Assembly (NCBI GenBank): GCA_010015585.1
Contig: ML975160.1
Source: Eremomyces bilateralis CBS 781.70
Taxonomy: Eukaryota
DNA: 64,000 bases
Reading direction: 5' to 3' (one strand)
The position numbers and the translations under genes were made by a program. Below are positions 49,152-61,412 of this stretch, piece by piece. Within the stretch, counting starts at the first letter, position 1; every line of letters starts with the position of its first letter. The notes beneath the pieces are model-generated. The model was not told where the DNA came from. It worked only from the letters and a program-made list of their open reading frames with translations, and searched no databases.

Positions 49152-50883
49152 ATGATGGCTACTTCTATGATGTCCCCCGGCTCCATGCCTCCGCCTAACT
49201 CCGTGGGCCCTCCGAACCACATGCCCCCGCCGAATTCCATGCCTCCACCAGGCTCTATGCCACCCCCGCAACGACCAGCCGAGAAGACCGAGAAAGAGAA
49301 GCGATCGGCGACCGATATCAATGACCTCAGCGACATCGTCACGGCAGCGGGTGTTGACATCAGGGCCGAAGAGGCCGCCTTGGCACAGACGTATCGCAGC
49401 GCATCGGATTTGGCCTCGCAACAAATAAATGGCTCGTTCGTCTCCAATTCTCAGTCCACGGCCAGCTTCTCGCCAAACCAGAGCTTCGGGTATCCACAAG
49501 GCAGCTTTACTAGTTATCCACCATTTCCAGCATCTGGAGCTGCCAGCCAGTCCCCGGTTGCGCCGAAGACGGTTGAAGAGGAGCTCTTTGAGAAGCACAA
49601 GAAGGCGGCGCGGGATCATGCCGAGCGGAAACAGTTTCACCTCAACAACCCCTTCTTAAGTACCAACTGCTTGCGCCAGAAGCTGGACAAACACACTCGG
49701 AGCAACGGGGTTCGGCTGAATGTGGATGGTCTTTACGACCAATCTCCTCAGACGCCACAAGGGGTCAACGCGATGCGGATGACTGGAAGGGACGGCATGG
49801 GATTCGTGGCGGCGAAGGCGAGCTCGGTCGTTGAACACAATGCCGCGTTTGCGGACGTTCTCGCGCTTGTTTCACTGGCGGCGAACGAGCGATTACGTGG
49901 TCTGGTGGAAGATGCATATGCTCTTTCACGTGGACGACGAGTCGGGGCAGACGGGGTCGTACCCCCAGACTTTCAGGACCTGGCGACTGGGACGGGAGAT
50001 CCGAAACCGATTTCTGCCGTGCCACAGTCCATTACCAACTCGCCATGGGACATGCCACCAGACAGTGCCGTGTCCCCCATGACGGTTCCACAAAAGGGTC
50101 AGCGCGTTATGCCCAAATTATTGTCGCCATCTCGCTAATATCGTGAATTCAGACCCCCTAGATGCCTCCAACCGCCTTCCTACACCTCCGACTGAGCCTC
50201 CGTCAACACCCGTATCCACCCAATCCTATCCCCCAACCCTAGCCATCACACTCGACAGCATGTACGACCGCGATCTCGCCTATGAACAAGCACGCGTCGA
50301 AACGCGTCGGAAGCGCCGCAAACTCGCCGCCGAGACCGCCGCCTCGCAATCCGTTTCCGCCGCCGAGTCACCGGCCCCCGGCACCCCCTCATCGGCCGGC
50401 GGTCCCATCGACGGCAAAGCACCCGACCTGATCCCTCCCATGAAGATGACCAAGAAAGAGCGCGAGAAGCTGGCGAAGTCGTCCGCGACCGAAGAGGTGC
50501 AGCACCGCGCCGCGAACACGACGGCCTCGATGGCGCTGGGCGGGCTCGGAAAGAAGAAATACAGCTGGATGACATCCGGGACGCCGGTCACGAAACCGCT
50601 ACCGAACATGCGGGTGAATACTTCACTGTCGGGGAGCAAAAGCACGGGAGCGGCGGGTGGTGGGGCGCAGGGGCCGCCGCCAGTCGATCGGTTGCTGCAG
50701 GCGGTGCATCAGAAGAAGCTGGGGGAGTGGAAGGAGGACAGCGAGAAGGGGCGGGGCATTCAGTTGCGGGATTGGATCGCGGCGTTAGAAATGGACGGGC
50801 GGGAGAAGAAGGGAATGGTGAGGGCGGCGGTGAAGCGGAACTTCGATAAGCTCGAAGAACAGGATAATGGGCCGCGGAAGTAA
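49152..50883 (+). CDS. TAF4: TFIID subunit Taf4 (start codon uncertain)
   Basis: DINDLSDIVTAAGVDIRAEE, HLNNPFL, LVSLAANERLRGLVEDA, HRAANTTASMALGG..KKYSWM, GIQLRDWIAALEMD. Intron 50098-50152. Confidence 0.88.
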
Positions 50884-51324
50884 TTGGGGGATTGGTTCGG
50901 TTGGGACGGACCGCGACATTGCATGCATAGTTCAGACACGCGATCCACTACCGGCGTTTTATGGGAGCAGATCGACGGCATTCACGTCGCGCTCTTGATG
51001 GATATGCATATTCGGCGCTTTGGGCAGGATTCGCGCTGATTGCTTCGCCTGCTCGACGAACGGGCAGGCGGATTGAAAAACATTAGGCGGCTAGTCATCC
51101 CCGCTAGAGATGAAAAATGGCCTCGAACACTGCTCGAGAGCAGTCGAACGAGGGGGATATTTCATTCCGCACTGTACACTTAGCTCCAGGCGTTTTGAAA
51201 TGAAGAACGTTGAAGAAGTTGCATATCACATTGCTATCTTACATCCCAAGAGTGATATATCTCGATGCCCATGTCCCACAAGACGCCGGAGACCCATGCA
51301 AACGCTCAAGCCATCAATCCGCTT

Positions 51325-54300
51325 CTACAGTTCATCATGCGTTTTCTCCGTCGCGCTCTCCTCCGGCTTCTTCTCCGCCGTAGCCTTAGCCGTACTCGTA
51401 CTCTTCCCCTTCTTCCCCTTCGCCTTACTCGTCTTCTTTCCCTTCTTTCCCCCACCACCCTTCTTCTTCCCCCCAAAGTTCGCCATCTTCCGCCGCAACA
51501 TCGTCATCAGCTCTTCCTGCAGGTGCCGGGTCTTCTCCTCCAGCTCGGACGTCAGCAGCACCGGGTCGTCCGTGGCGGATAGCGTCTCCTGCAGCGCGAG
51601 CTTCTCGTTTAGCCAGGTTTTGATCTCGTTGTGCGCTTTTTGCAGCGAGCTGATGTCTTCGGGGGTGTAGGGCATGACGGGTTCGGTCGGCTCGGGTTCG
51701 GATGGCGGGGTGGTCGTGGTGGACCATTCCGCGGCGCTGAGGTCGTCGAGGTCATCGAGGTCGTCGGATTGGGAAGAAGAGGCGGGCGCGGTTGTCTCCG
51801 TATCCGCAGATGACGAGGATAGCGCAGATGAGAGTAGCTCGGACGCCGCCGAAGCCGCTTCTTCCGCGGACTTCGACGCCGCGGCCACGGCGCTGGCGAC
51901 CTCCTCGTCCATCCGCTCGATCATCGTCTGCGTCTGCTCCAGCGCGTCTTGCAGCGCCCGGACCTTCATCGGCCGCTCGGTGACCTCCAAGATGCGCTTC
52001 TTGATCGGATCGACCAGTGCGTTCAGCTCGTCGAGGCGCGCTTTGATGACGTCGGATACGGCGTCCGCGCCATCGCCGTAGAGCCACTCAGAGACGGTGG
52101 AGAGGAGGGAAGAGATCTGCTCGCGGATGGCGGAGGTGGACGCGGCGATGAAGGGGGGTTCGGTGAGGAGGTCGCGGGTGCGGTAGGTGGCGGCTTCGAG
52201 GGTGTTGAGGAGTTCGGAGCGGAGGAAGCGGTCGCGGTCGGAGCGGTCGAAGGCTCGGAGGCTGGAGTGCGGTTAGAAGATAGGTTTGATTTTGTGGTAG
52301 ACGGGAGACTTACCGGGAGTGGATACGGTCCATCTCCTCTTTGGAGAAGGATCGGATACCGGCTGGCGTGGTTGTGAAGTCAATGTTGATCGAGACAGTT
52401 TTCTGCTTAGTACCCTGGGGTTTCGCGGCAGCAGAAGGAGACGCCGAAGCCGAGGATGAAGATACAGATGACGAGGACGTCTCTGGCTCTGAAGCACTCG
52501 ATGTAGATGACGATGGCTCAGTTTCCTCCTCCAGGACTTCTTGGTCCCCATCCTTCTTCTTCCCGAATCCGAAAAGATCCTTGACACCCTCCATGAGATT
52601 ACCTTTCTTTGTATCATCAACTTCGCAGCTGACGGACCCGGAGACAACCGTTGGAATTCCATGATCGGAATCAATGCGGACCTTGAACGCGGTGGTGATG
52701 TTCTCCGTCGCGCAGCCATACTTGCTGACCAGCTCGGCTACAGACGCGGTCAAGTTGTTCGTCTGAACTGTGCTGACCGTTCGATCAACCACCGCTGATC
52801 CATCGGTCGTTGGCACCTGCTGGAACAGCGAGAAAGAGAAGTCGGTTTGCAGCTTCAGCGGCACCTGTTTCGCAAATCCCGCCAAAGAAGTCGGTGTGAA
52901 CAGCTTCTGCTGCCTCTCTTTCCCATCGTTCCACTTCAGCCCCGCGGCATAAAACGCCAGGTCACTATCCCGGATCTCCTTGACGCGGAATGAAGGACTG
53001 AGTTGAGCGCCCTTAAACGTAGCGCCCAGTACAGCGGCTTCATCGGCGTTGACATTGCCTCGGAGCTTCGATGCGCCTCCTGCGAGCGACTCGAGACGCT
53101 TTTGCACGAACGGTGTGCGCGTGGCGCCGCCATGGAGGATGATCGAGTCGATATCGTCCATCGTCAATTTGGCGGCTTCCAGCGCTTGCTTGGCAGGTCC
53201 GTCCAGACGCTGAGCGAACTCGGACGCGAGCTTCTCGAACTCTGAGCGCGAAATCTTGTATTTGAAGTCGACGTTCCCATACAGCTCCTCAAAGCTGGCA
53301 GCAGTATCAGAGTTGGCGCTCAGGACTTGTCGATGTCGCTCCGCATCTTTCCAGAGCTTAGCCATGGCGCGTCCGTGGGCTTTGACGTCGGAGGCCTGAA
53401 CACCGAGCTTCTTGCCTTCTGAGGACTGCAGAAACTTGTTGACCATGTCATCGACGACCAGCGTGTTGAGCGCATCACCGCCGAGAGACTTATCCCAACC
53501 AGCTCCCATGACTTGGACTTCTTGAACGGTCTTGTTAAAGCGACCGATATCCTTAACAGTGCGTCCCTGGAACTTCAAAATCGTCGCGGTCGTGTGACCG
53601 GCACCCATGTCGTAGACCATATTGTATTCCGGCTTTCCACCCTCATTGACCGTAGGGAATTCTCGTGTCATGGCGTAGTTCATTCCAACCGCCAGCCCAT
53701 CAGATGTCAGCGCCATCACATCCAGGCCGGCCAACTCAGCCGCCAACTCCACCGCCCTCTTCTCATCCGCAGTGTAAAATGGCGGCACCGTAATAACCAC
53801 ACTGTCGATCCGATGCTGGTCCCCTGCCATATTCTGCCCATTCTCCTTGACATTCATTAGCTCCATGGCCAATAGCTCCTCGACCGAGAATGCTTCCGCT
53901 CCCTCGACAAAGCTCTTGCTCTTGAATCCCACCGTCCCTCGTCCCTCCATAGCTTCCAGCACCAACGCCGGGTACCGACCCTTATATGTCTCCACGACGC
54001 TCGCCAGCCCCGCATCATCATGTATCGGGATCCCCAGGAGCTGTTTCAAGTTCGGATATACATCATGGGGAAACCTCCCCGCGAGGGACAACGCATCGCC
54101 GCCATACAAACGTTCGGGAAAGGATCCTTCGGTGGGAACGGTACCTCGAGCCGGCTTGAAAGCGATCGCGGAGGCTTCTTTTCGTTTCGAGTCTTTGCTG
54201 AGGACAATGTCGAGGGGTATTCCGGGTTTCACTAGAGCGGCCTTGATATATTCCGTTCCCAGGTCAATTCCGAGGACTGCGGAAACGGCGAACACGGACT

Positions 54301-54364
54301 GAGTGAAGAAGAGAATGGCGCATAATATAGCCCCTAAGGAAGGTAATATCGATCTGCGAGCCAT
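51325..54364 (-). CDS. LHS1: ER-luminal large Hsp70 (Lhs1/Grp170/HYOU1)
   Basis: Signal peptide, GIDLGTEYIKAALVKPG, HGGATRTPFVQ, VNADEAAVLGA, C-terminal HDEL. Intron 52313-52262. Confidence 0.94.
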
Positions 54365-54616
54365 GGTGAATGTGTAAAGGCGAATGTGTAAAGGTAGTGT
54401 GGGGGGTATGGCTATGAAGTATAAGGGAGCTCGACTAGCATCAAAGGAGTACGAGGATGCGCTATGCTCTATTGACAGACACGGAATGGAAGAAACAAGT
54501 CTGGCATGATCCAATGGGTATTCTGACCAACGGTCTTGACAGCCTTGGGAGCAATTGGTAAAATAGTCGAGGGTATGGCGGGTATTTGAAGCCGGGAGTG
54601 TTGAACAAGTGGCCTT

Positions 54617-54624
54617 ACACGTGG
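54617..54624. promoter_or_regulatory. Possible UPR (Hac1/HacA) element upstream of LHS1
   Basis: ACACGTGG about 250 bp upstream of the LHS1 ATG; short motif only. Confidence 0.35.
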
Positions 54625-54999
54625 ATGGGAACTTTTGAGACGGTGAGGTCAGTGGTGTGCCTTACTGCCTTGTGCCTTGTGCCCCCCGGCACGGGAGGAA
54701 GAAATTGAGTTACCCTGCTTGGCATTCCCTCAAGCACAGCTCCCACGACCTTAACCAGAACGTGGCGGAGGATTCACTAAAACAGACCTCTAGTAGTCGC
54801 CTAGTTAGGAAAATAGTATACTTTTTGATATTATGCTGTTTTTGAGCGAATTGGGCTGCCTATGATAGTGATAGTGGTAGTGATGGTTAGGAGAATGCCA
54901 AGACACGTAACTCAATTTCTTCCCCTGGAGGTGACCTTTCCAGTTCTGCCTTGTTCCCTTATGGACACGGCAGCGGGGCCTTGGCGTTCTAAAAGAACC

Positions 55000-57765
55000 C
55001 AGGTGGGTCCAGGCAGGAGACTTGAGCGAGTTTGAGTGTACTCCAGTCTTACGTAATCGAGTCGCCCGGCTCTACTCACTACTCAGACGTCTCAGACTCA
55101 TCAGAGTCTGTCCGAGTCTCCGACACTCGCTACTCACACTCGTCTATAAGAACCTTGGTGAGTGTACCTGACCTGTAATTGCGCCAACCAAATGAAGTTC
55201 CAACTTTCCTTCCCGCTTATGTATAAACAGAGATTTCGTGGTAGTGAAGATGATGAGAAGGACGATAATCCATATTATACTACTTATCTACATAGCCTCC
55301 ATAAACGCCTGATGATAGATAATCCTCTCGAACTCCATATCACTGATAATCCCTTGCTTCAACCAATCCTGTAAGCAAATCAGTCTGTTCAACGTTTTTC
55401 CCTCCATCCGTGACCTTTCCGTATCAAGGAGTCTCCCACAAGCGGACCAAATCCGCTCCATATCAGCGGCTGAGGAAGGAGACGCGAAGAGGTCCAGAGC
55501 GATCTGGTATAGAGCGGGAAACCGCGTGCGATTAGCTACCCACCACGTAATAGGCGTATCAGTTTCCTCAGGGGGGTCTCGTAGATAGTCGGAGACCTTA
55601 TCGGGCGTGGAGATATTACGTGGTTCAAAATGAGGCGCGAGGGCCGCCTGGAAGGCCTTGTAGACCCTTTGGCGATCACCAGCAGTGGTCTCCTTCGAGG
55701 CCTTCGGTGCATTCTCTGCACCCGAATTGTTATCCCGTATCTTGGCCACGTCCTCGCGGAGTCTGCGTAGGAGCGCAACAGTCTTGTTGCTACTAGCTTC
55801 GGATTCGTCCAACCACGCCTTTTTGTATTTTGGGTGGAGGAGAAGGGCGAGTCTGTACGCAGGAATATCCTCCATCTTAGACCGGTATTCCCCCGCCTTA
55901 ACCAGGGCCGCTTGTATGGCACTTAGGAGCTCCTGGAGCTCCTGATTCCGTGAAAAATCCGCGAGGAAATCCTCCAGAGCCCGAATAATCATGAGAAGCA
56001 ATGGATACGCCTCCCAAAGGGCTCCTTTAGCACCATGGCCCGCATTCCCTTCCAGGATCCAGGTCGCATGCTTCATTGGTTCGTACAACTCGATGAGCTT
56101 CTCAAGGATACGCCAATCGTCGACGGTAAGACCCTGAAGGTGCTGATACCGCTCGCAGTATTGATCAACAGCGGCACGCAGCTTAATGGCTCGCTGGATC
56201 GAATCGTACCGCGAGTTCCACAGTGTGGCGTTCTCACGTACGATTCTGAGGGGCCGACCAGTCTTAATGGACTTTTCGTTGCCCGTCATATTCTCAATAA
56301 TATCAGTCTGTATCGCAAGGAACTCTTTCTCCTGTTTGGGACTCTTTTTGATATGACCAATGATAGCTTTAAGCTTGGCAATGGGTTCTATATCGGTATT
56401 GGTAGGGAACCCAGAATCGAAATCCGCGTAGCCTTCAGCCCCACCAGGTCGTATAGTATCAAGCCCATTGTCATTGTTGGCTTCGGTATCAGACGAGCGG
56501 TTCCTGGAAAGCTGCTGGCAAACTAAATTCACGATGTGGGTACTACAGCGTAAACACCTTCCCGACAAAGTGAGATTTAGGAGTTTCCCAAGCTCTTCAA
56601 CCGCGGTAGAGTTGTTTTCCGCATTATTAGACAATAGGAACGCAATCCTTGTCTGCATCTCGAACGTTTGGACAACCTTCGTAAGGAGCTGTGCAATATT
56701 GTCGCCGGTATGGGCACCTTCGATCTCCTCTAGCTGTAGGAGGATATTTTGTTGACGCGGTATTCCTTCCCCGGAGATGAAATGCGCCTCGACCCCAAGG
56801 AAAGAAAGGTCGTTCCCAGAGGTCCAGATGTCAAAAGACAGTGAAACATTGCTAAGACTCCGCGAGATCTTATGAGAAATGAGACAACGACATTCCTTGT
56901 ATGCGTGATCAATTCTTTTGCGCACAGACTTATGGTTGCGTACTCCCATCTCAACCTTTCCACCACTTAAAGACTCCATCAGCGCGTTGAAGCTGTTTGA
57001 CGAAGCCTGACGAAAAGGCACTCCATCAACCACTAGCCATTTCAGATAGGCTGTACGGGCGTTGAGGAAGGACCTCTGACGGTATCCTGTATAATCCTCC
57101 CACGATTCTGGATGACCTGGAGGGATAATCTTCGATCCATGCCTGAGAAAACCGTGATCGTTAATGAGATGTCGACGGGCATTAGAAGTAGCTGATATCG
57201 AATACATCTTGATATCGTTGATCGATTTCACTTGAAACCAGCATTTACGACAGACCCAGTACGGTATCTCTTCCTCTGTGTCGCCCGTTTTCCGTACTGT
57301 AAACCCCCAGTACCATATGGAGCTTGTTCGGTGTTTCTTCCGCATCGCTTGATGCGTTGGAGGAACGTCAACCGCATGCAGACCGTATTTGTCGAGCTGA
57401 TCTCGCAGGGGGACAAAATCTAGCAATTGGTCTGTTTCCATGGTATACGGGGTCTCCGACGCCGGGGTCGAGGAGTACGAGTCTGTATACGATGCCATAT
57501 TGATGTTATCCATGATCAGAATCTCGTTATTTTGAAATCTCACGGACTTTTGGTGAAACCGGTCCAAGACACAGACTTGAATTTCGGTGTTGAGCCACTA
57601 TACATTTGTGACATGAGCAATGAGCATCGAATTTCGACATGAAGCCGTCATTCCTATGTAATTCATACGGTTTTATAGCCATAACGAGCAAATCTGAGGT
57701 CCAAGTCGAGCAAGATTGGTAGACATGTATGGAAGAGGATTAGCGGGAGACTCACGACCCACCTG
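55000..57765 (-). mobile_element. hAT-superfamily DNA transposon
   Basis: Perfect 10-bp inverted repeats CAGGTGGGTC (55000-55009) and GACCCACCTG (57756-57765); dense GAGT/ACTC subterminal motifs at about 55015-55165; encloses a transposase ORF. No 8-bp TSD. Confidence 0.75.
55288..57513 (-). CDS. hAT transposase (BED finger, RNase H-like core, dimerisation domain), probably catalytically dead
   Basis: WVCRKC..RRHLINDH, LSFDIWTS, HTGDNIA, RCSTHIVNL, LLHPKYK, WWVAN..FPALYQIALDL, ERIWS. The DNA motif reads NNA and TRWNS reads TLWNS. Confidence 0.9.
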   Translation of the reverse strand: MDNINMASYTDSYSSTPASETPYTMETDQLLDFVPLRDQLDKYGLHAVDVPPTHQAMRKKHRTSSIWYWGFTVRKTGDTEEEIPYWVCRKCWFQVKSINDIKMYSISATSNARRHLINDHGFLRHGSKIIPPGHPESWEDYTGYRQRSFLNARTAYLKWLVVDGVPFRQASSNSFNALMESLSGGKVEMGVRNHKSVRKRIDHAYKECRCLISHKISRSLSNVSLSFDIWTSGNDLSFLGVEAHFISGEGIPRQQNILLQLEEIEGAHTGDNIAQLLTKVVQTFEMQTRIAFLLSNNAENNSTAVEELGKLLNLTLSGRCLRCSTHIVNLVCQQLSRNRSSDTEANNDNGLDTIRPGGAEGYADFDSGFPTNTDIEPIAKLKAIIGHIKKSPKQEKEFLAIQTDIIENMTGNEKSIKTGRPLRIVRENATLWNSRYDSIQRAIKLRAAVDQYCERYQHLQGLTVDDWRILEKLIELYEPMKHATWILEGNAGHGAKGALWEAYPLLLMIIRALEDFLADFSRNQELQELLSAIQAALVKAGEYRSKMEDIPAYRLALLLHPKYKKAWLDESEASSNKTVALLRRLREDVAKIRDNNSGAENAPKASKETTAGDRQRVYKAFQAALAPHFEPRNISTPDKVSDYLRDPPEETDTPITWWVANRTRFPALYQIALDLFASPSSAADMERIWSACGRLLDTERSRMEGKTLNRLICLQDWLKQGIISDMEFERIIYHQAFMEAM

Positions 57766-58381
57766 ACTTAAAACAAGTCTTGAGCGAGTATATAGGTAAA
57801 CTAAGTGCGTGGCTCAATTCAGGAGAGAAAGATTTCTCTTGGATGAAAGTTTACAAGAAAAGGAAAGCTTTTGGGTATCTAAAAGATTCTGGAGGACTAA
57901 AATAGCTTCATTTAGAAATGAAAATGTGGTTGTGCATATCCTCCGGCATTCCTCGTCCTCATAGACGCCCTACACAAAGAAGTACCAGAGAGACGCTCGA
58001 CTTGCACGTTTTAGAACAGCAATTATTAGTGCCAAACACGCTGAAATGAAAGACAAACAGTGGAGCTGGATGACTTGTACTGGAACAGGGTTTGAATGGA
58101 AATGTAGTAAAACCTCAGTATCCAGACCGCAATTTTTTCCGTCCACGGGAAGCTTCACAGATAATTCATCCCCAGTCCAGGCGTATATCCAATTCAGTCA
58201 TACCGAATGTGCTCTGTGCTCTTGAGTAGCAACCATTACGTCAGATGCCCGCGTGAGTCCTGTTAAACCATGCCCATTACCATGACTCATAGGCTCAAAC
58301 ATTCTTCACTCCTATCTTACCCCATATCCCACAATTCTCCCTCAAAACCTTCCCATTTACCCTAGCAGGATGCGAAACCCC

Positions 58382-58864
58382 CTACGCCACAATCCTCCCC
58401 CTCTCCAACCACCACCCCACCACTGTCATCGACAACAATACTGTATCCAACATCGGCTGCGGCGCCTCACTCATCTTCCACGGATTGTTCGGCGGATCCA
58501 CCAAACTACTCCCCGGATAAAACGCCGCACTCGCCTGCGTCACCCAATACAAACTCGCCACCACCGCCGCGGTGTCGACATCCATCTTCCGCTGCTGCTT
58601 AGCGAGCTGCTCCTCCGCGGTGGCTTTACCCTTGGCGGAAGGGACGGCGAAGGGGAGGTGGGCGGAGCGGAACTGATAGTAGGCGGTGAGGAGGCCGAGG
58701 AGGAGGCCCATGGACATGGTTTGGCCGTTGTGGAATTTGGCATGGGGCGGCCAGCTGGGGTTGTGGATGTGGGTTTCGTTCCAATCGGCGAGGTAGCAGC
58801 CGGTGGAGGTGAAGAGGGCGACGAGGGCGAGGAGGATGTTGCCAGGGGTGAGGTAGGGGGCCAT
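58382..58864 (-). CDS. Small membrane protein, DUF6640-like
   Basis: YLADWNETHIHNPSWPPHAKFHNGQTMSMG motif plus several hydrophobic segments; family name from memory. Confidence 0.8.
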   Translation of the reverse strand: MAPYLTPGNILLALVALFTSTGCYLADWNETHIHNPSWPPHAKFHNGQTMSMGLLLGLLTAYYQFRSAHLPFAVPSAKGKATAEEQLAKQQRKMDVDTAAVVASLYWVTQASAAFYPGSSLVDPPNNPWKMSEAPQPMLDTVLLSMTVVGWWLERGRIVA

Positions 58865-61088
58865 GCTGAGGCTTATTTCGACTTCTCCTTCACTTCGTGT
58901 TTTGGACACAGGTTCGCAACGCTGGTACTGAATCTGATATGCTAGGTCTTCAGATAGGATCGGAATCGGAATGATTTTTGGTGTTGTTTGCTCAACGACA
59001 GGTGCTTCGAGCATCCAGTTTCAGGGGCTCGGCTTTTGTTAGTCGGATGCTGAAGATTTGGGAGTGCAAGAAATCCTAAATATAAGGCTTAGTGCGGTTG
59101 CCCGCCTTCTTCCGCGATCTGCAAGCTTCCGGTTCATCGGTTACACAGGGTTGGTCATGGTCATGGTCTCGATGCGGCCCGGTTGTACAGTCGGGACCGG
59201 GGATGTCCGTGCATTAATAATAAGGATAAGTTAGTTAACTAAGTTAAGTTAAGTTAATAGTAAGCACTAGTTAAGCCACTCCATCCCTGAGCTGAATGAA
59301 AGGTTTCCTATGATGTTATGCCGGTAACCACTGGACTGTTGAGGAAACAGGAACCTTGCTAATACTTCAATATATGTCATTCTAGTAGCATCGGAAGTAA
59401 GTTGAATCAGAAACTAATAATACCGGGGACGTCTGCTCAACTTCAAGATATTCGAATGCACACACCTGAAACACTCTTCTCCAAAACGGGTATATCGCAA
59501 TTTGGTAATCGTAAAGGAACCAAAGTAGCCTACCAACGTTATTCCAAAGTTGTTTAGCTCATGATAAATTTCAAAGCCATCTGTCCATGCCACTCATGGA
59601 AGCACTCCCCCCTGATTGTCATCGTGTATCGCGGAAGAGGGCGCCAGAGTCCAATACTGGTGAGTTCCATCAACCTATGATTCCATGAAATCCGAGAACC
59701 GTTCGGGATGGAAAGATCGACACAATGCCATCCAGCTAGAAGCTCGTTTCCAGTCTTACTAGGCATTCCGCGACCGTTGATGACAGTTGCTGTCAAGCCA
59801 TAAGCATCATGCCACTCTGTAGGTCTTCCAGGGTATATATTCGATGCAGGAACAACAAGCCTTGTTTGTTGCTAAGAAGGATCCCGAAGATCATTCTCCC
59901 TTGATCCTGGTGCGCTGTGGACTATTAGCTTCAAATAGGTCGCGCCTTGTACGCTATGAACAATTTGCGTTCTTCGGGGAACTTACCTTCGACTGGAGCC
60001 GGCAAGTTGTACTCCACACCTCGACCATCGATCTAGCGGTACGTAAACCAGGAAAATCCTGGCCCGAGTGGAGTTCCATCTGTTGGCGAACACGGTCCCA
60101 CACGACAGAGCCAGCATGTTGAAACGCATTCTTGGCTATACGGACGGCATCTGGTAGATTCTCACCTACCATGTTCACAGAAGTGTGGCTGTCATGTACC
60201 AATCGGTCCCCATCACCCTCTAGCTCGGAGATCAACTCCTGAGCGCCTTTGACCAGGGGATCGTGGTCGTTATGAAATTCCATGTTTGCGATACTGAAAG
60301 AGGAGGGATTGTTCATTTCTTGCTGAGAGAGATGAAAGGTGACCACCAGTGCATTAACCACTGCAAAAGGGAACGTAAGAACTGCATCCTGAACCAGCAA
60401 GCTGCAAAGAAAACAAATGAGAGATGACTCGCAACCAAGTATTGTAGGGCGCTCAGCGTTTGATTGCAACGAAAGTAACCAGATTCAATGAGATAAAAGT
60501 TGCCGAATGGAAGTGTCGTTGGCGAGACCGGTAGAACATTACGAATAGTCGTCCTATACTTCGAGGCCCAACCCCTCTAGCCTACTCCCGAGATCAATGA
60601 GATAGAAATCAACACCCATCATGATCGAAGACAGGTCAAACCAGAATATAATGCGAAGAAATAAAACTTCAGACAAGAACAGCCTCCAGAGAGTCGTGAT
60701 CAAAGATGTGAAGTCGGTGATTCTACGCTGCATAGTCATGATCGAACATCCATAATGTACGCACTCTCGGGTGGGTTGCATCTATGATGCAAGTCAAACT
60801 GATACAACCGGGGACTTGAAACCTATTTCCTTCTACTCATCTGGTGAACCAGGGACAATCTCTGGCGTCATAGTTGGAGTCATTAAGGGCGGAGAAGGCG
60901 GTTCCATGAGCTCAACAGTGTCACCAAGACCGCACAGCTCAGGTTCGGAATAGCGGTTGGTTACTTGGTTTTCGAAACCGAGTTGATTGGAGATCTCGGA
61001 TGTCTTCGGCGCTGTTTCGTGTCGCTTTGTTAGTGATCTGTTATTGTAAACATCCAAGCCTTTGTGGGGTTGATCAGGAAATGGTCAA

Positions 61089-61193
61089 CACGTGATGGTT
61101 ATCACGGGATGGCCATCTCGTGTTCGACAGGGATATCTCGTGATCCAGGCTGACGTCGCCTCTCATTGGTCGGGCCGCACTCCAGTGACGTGA
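61089..61193. promoter_or_regulatory. E-box and CRE-like motifs upstream of HSP104
   Basis: CACGTGA at 61089-61095; TGACGT at 61151 and 61186. Confidence 0.3.
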
Positions 61194-61412
61194 GACGACT
61201 TGGCACTTGGTGGAGGGACTTGGTGGAAGTGACTGGCACATTCCCGTCAACTCCAACTTCGTCAAGTCGCATATTATTAACCCTCGATCATACCACTTGG
61301 CACGAGCACCTTCAAGTCTTTTCCGTGGTTCGACGTCCTCGAGAATAAAACCACTTGTCCATGTATCTCACTTTCTCTTCGACCATCTTATATTTACAAT
61401 ACCACAATCATC

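Noticed and set aside
61200..61412. Heat-shock elements upstream of HSP104
   Set aside because: Only scattered TTC/GAA triplets; no clear three-unit nGAAn array.
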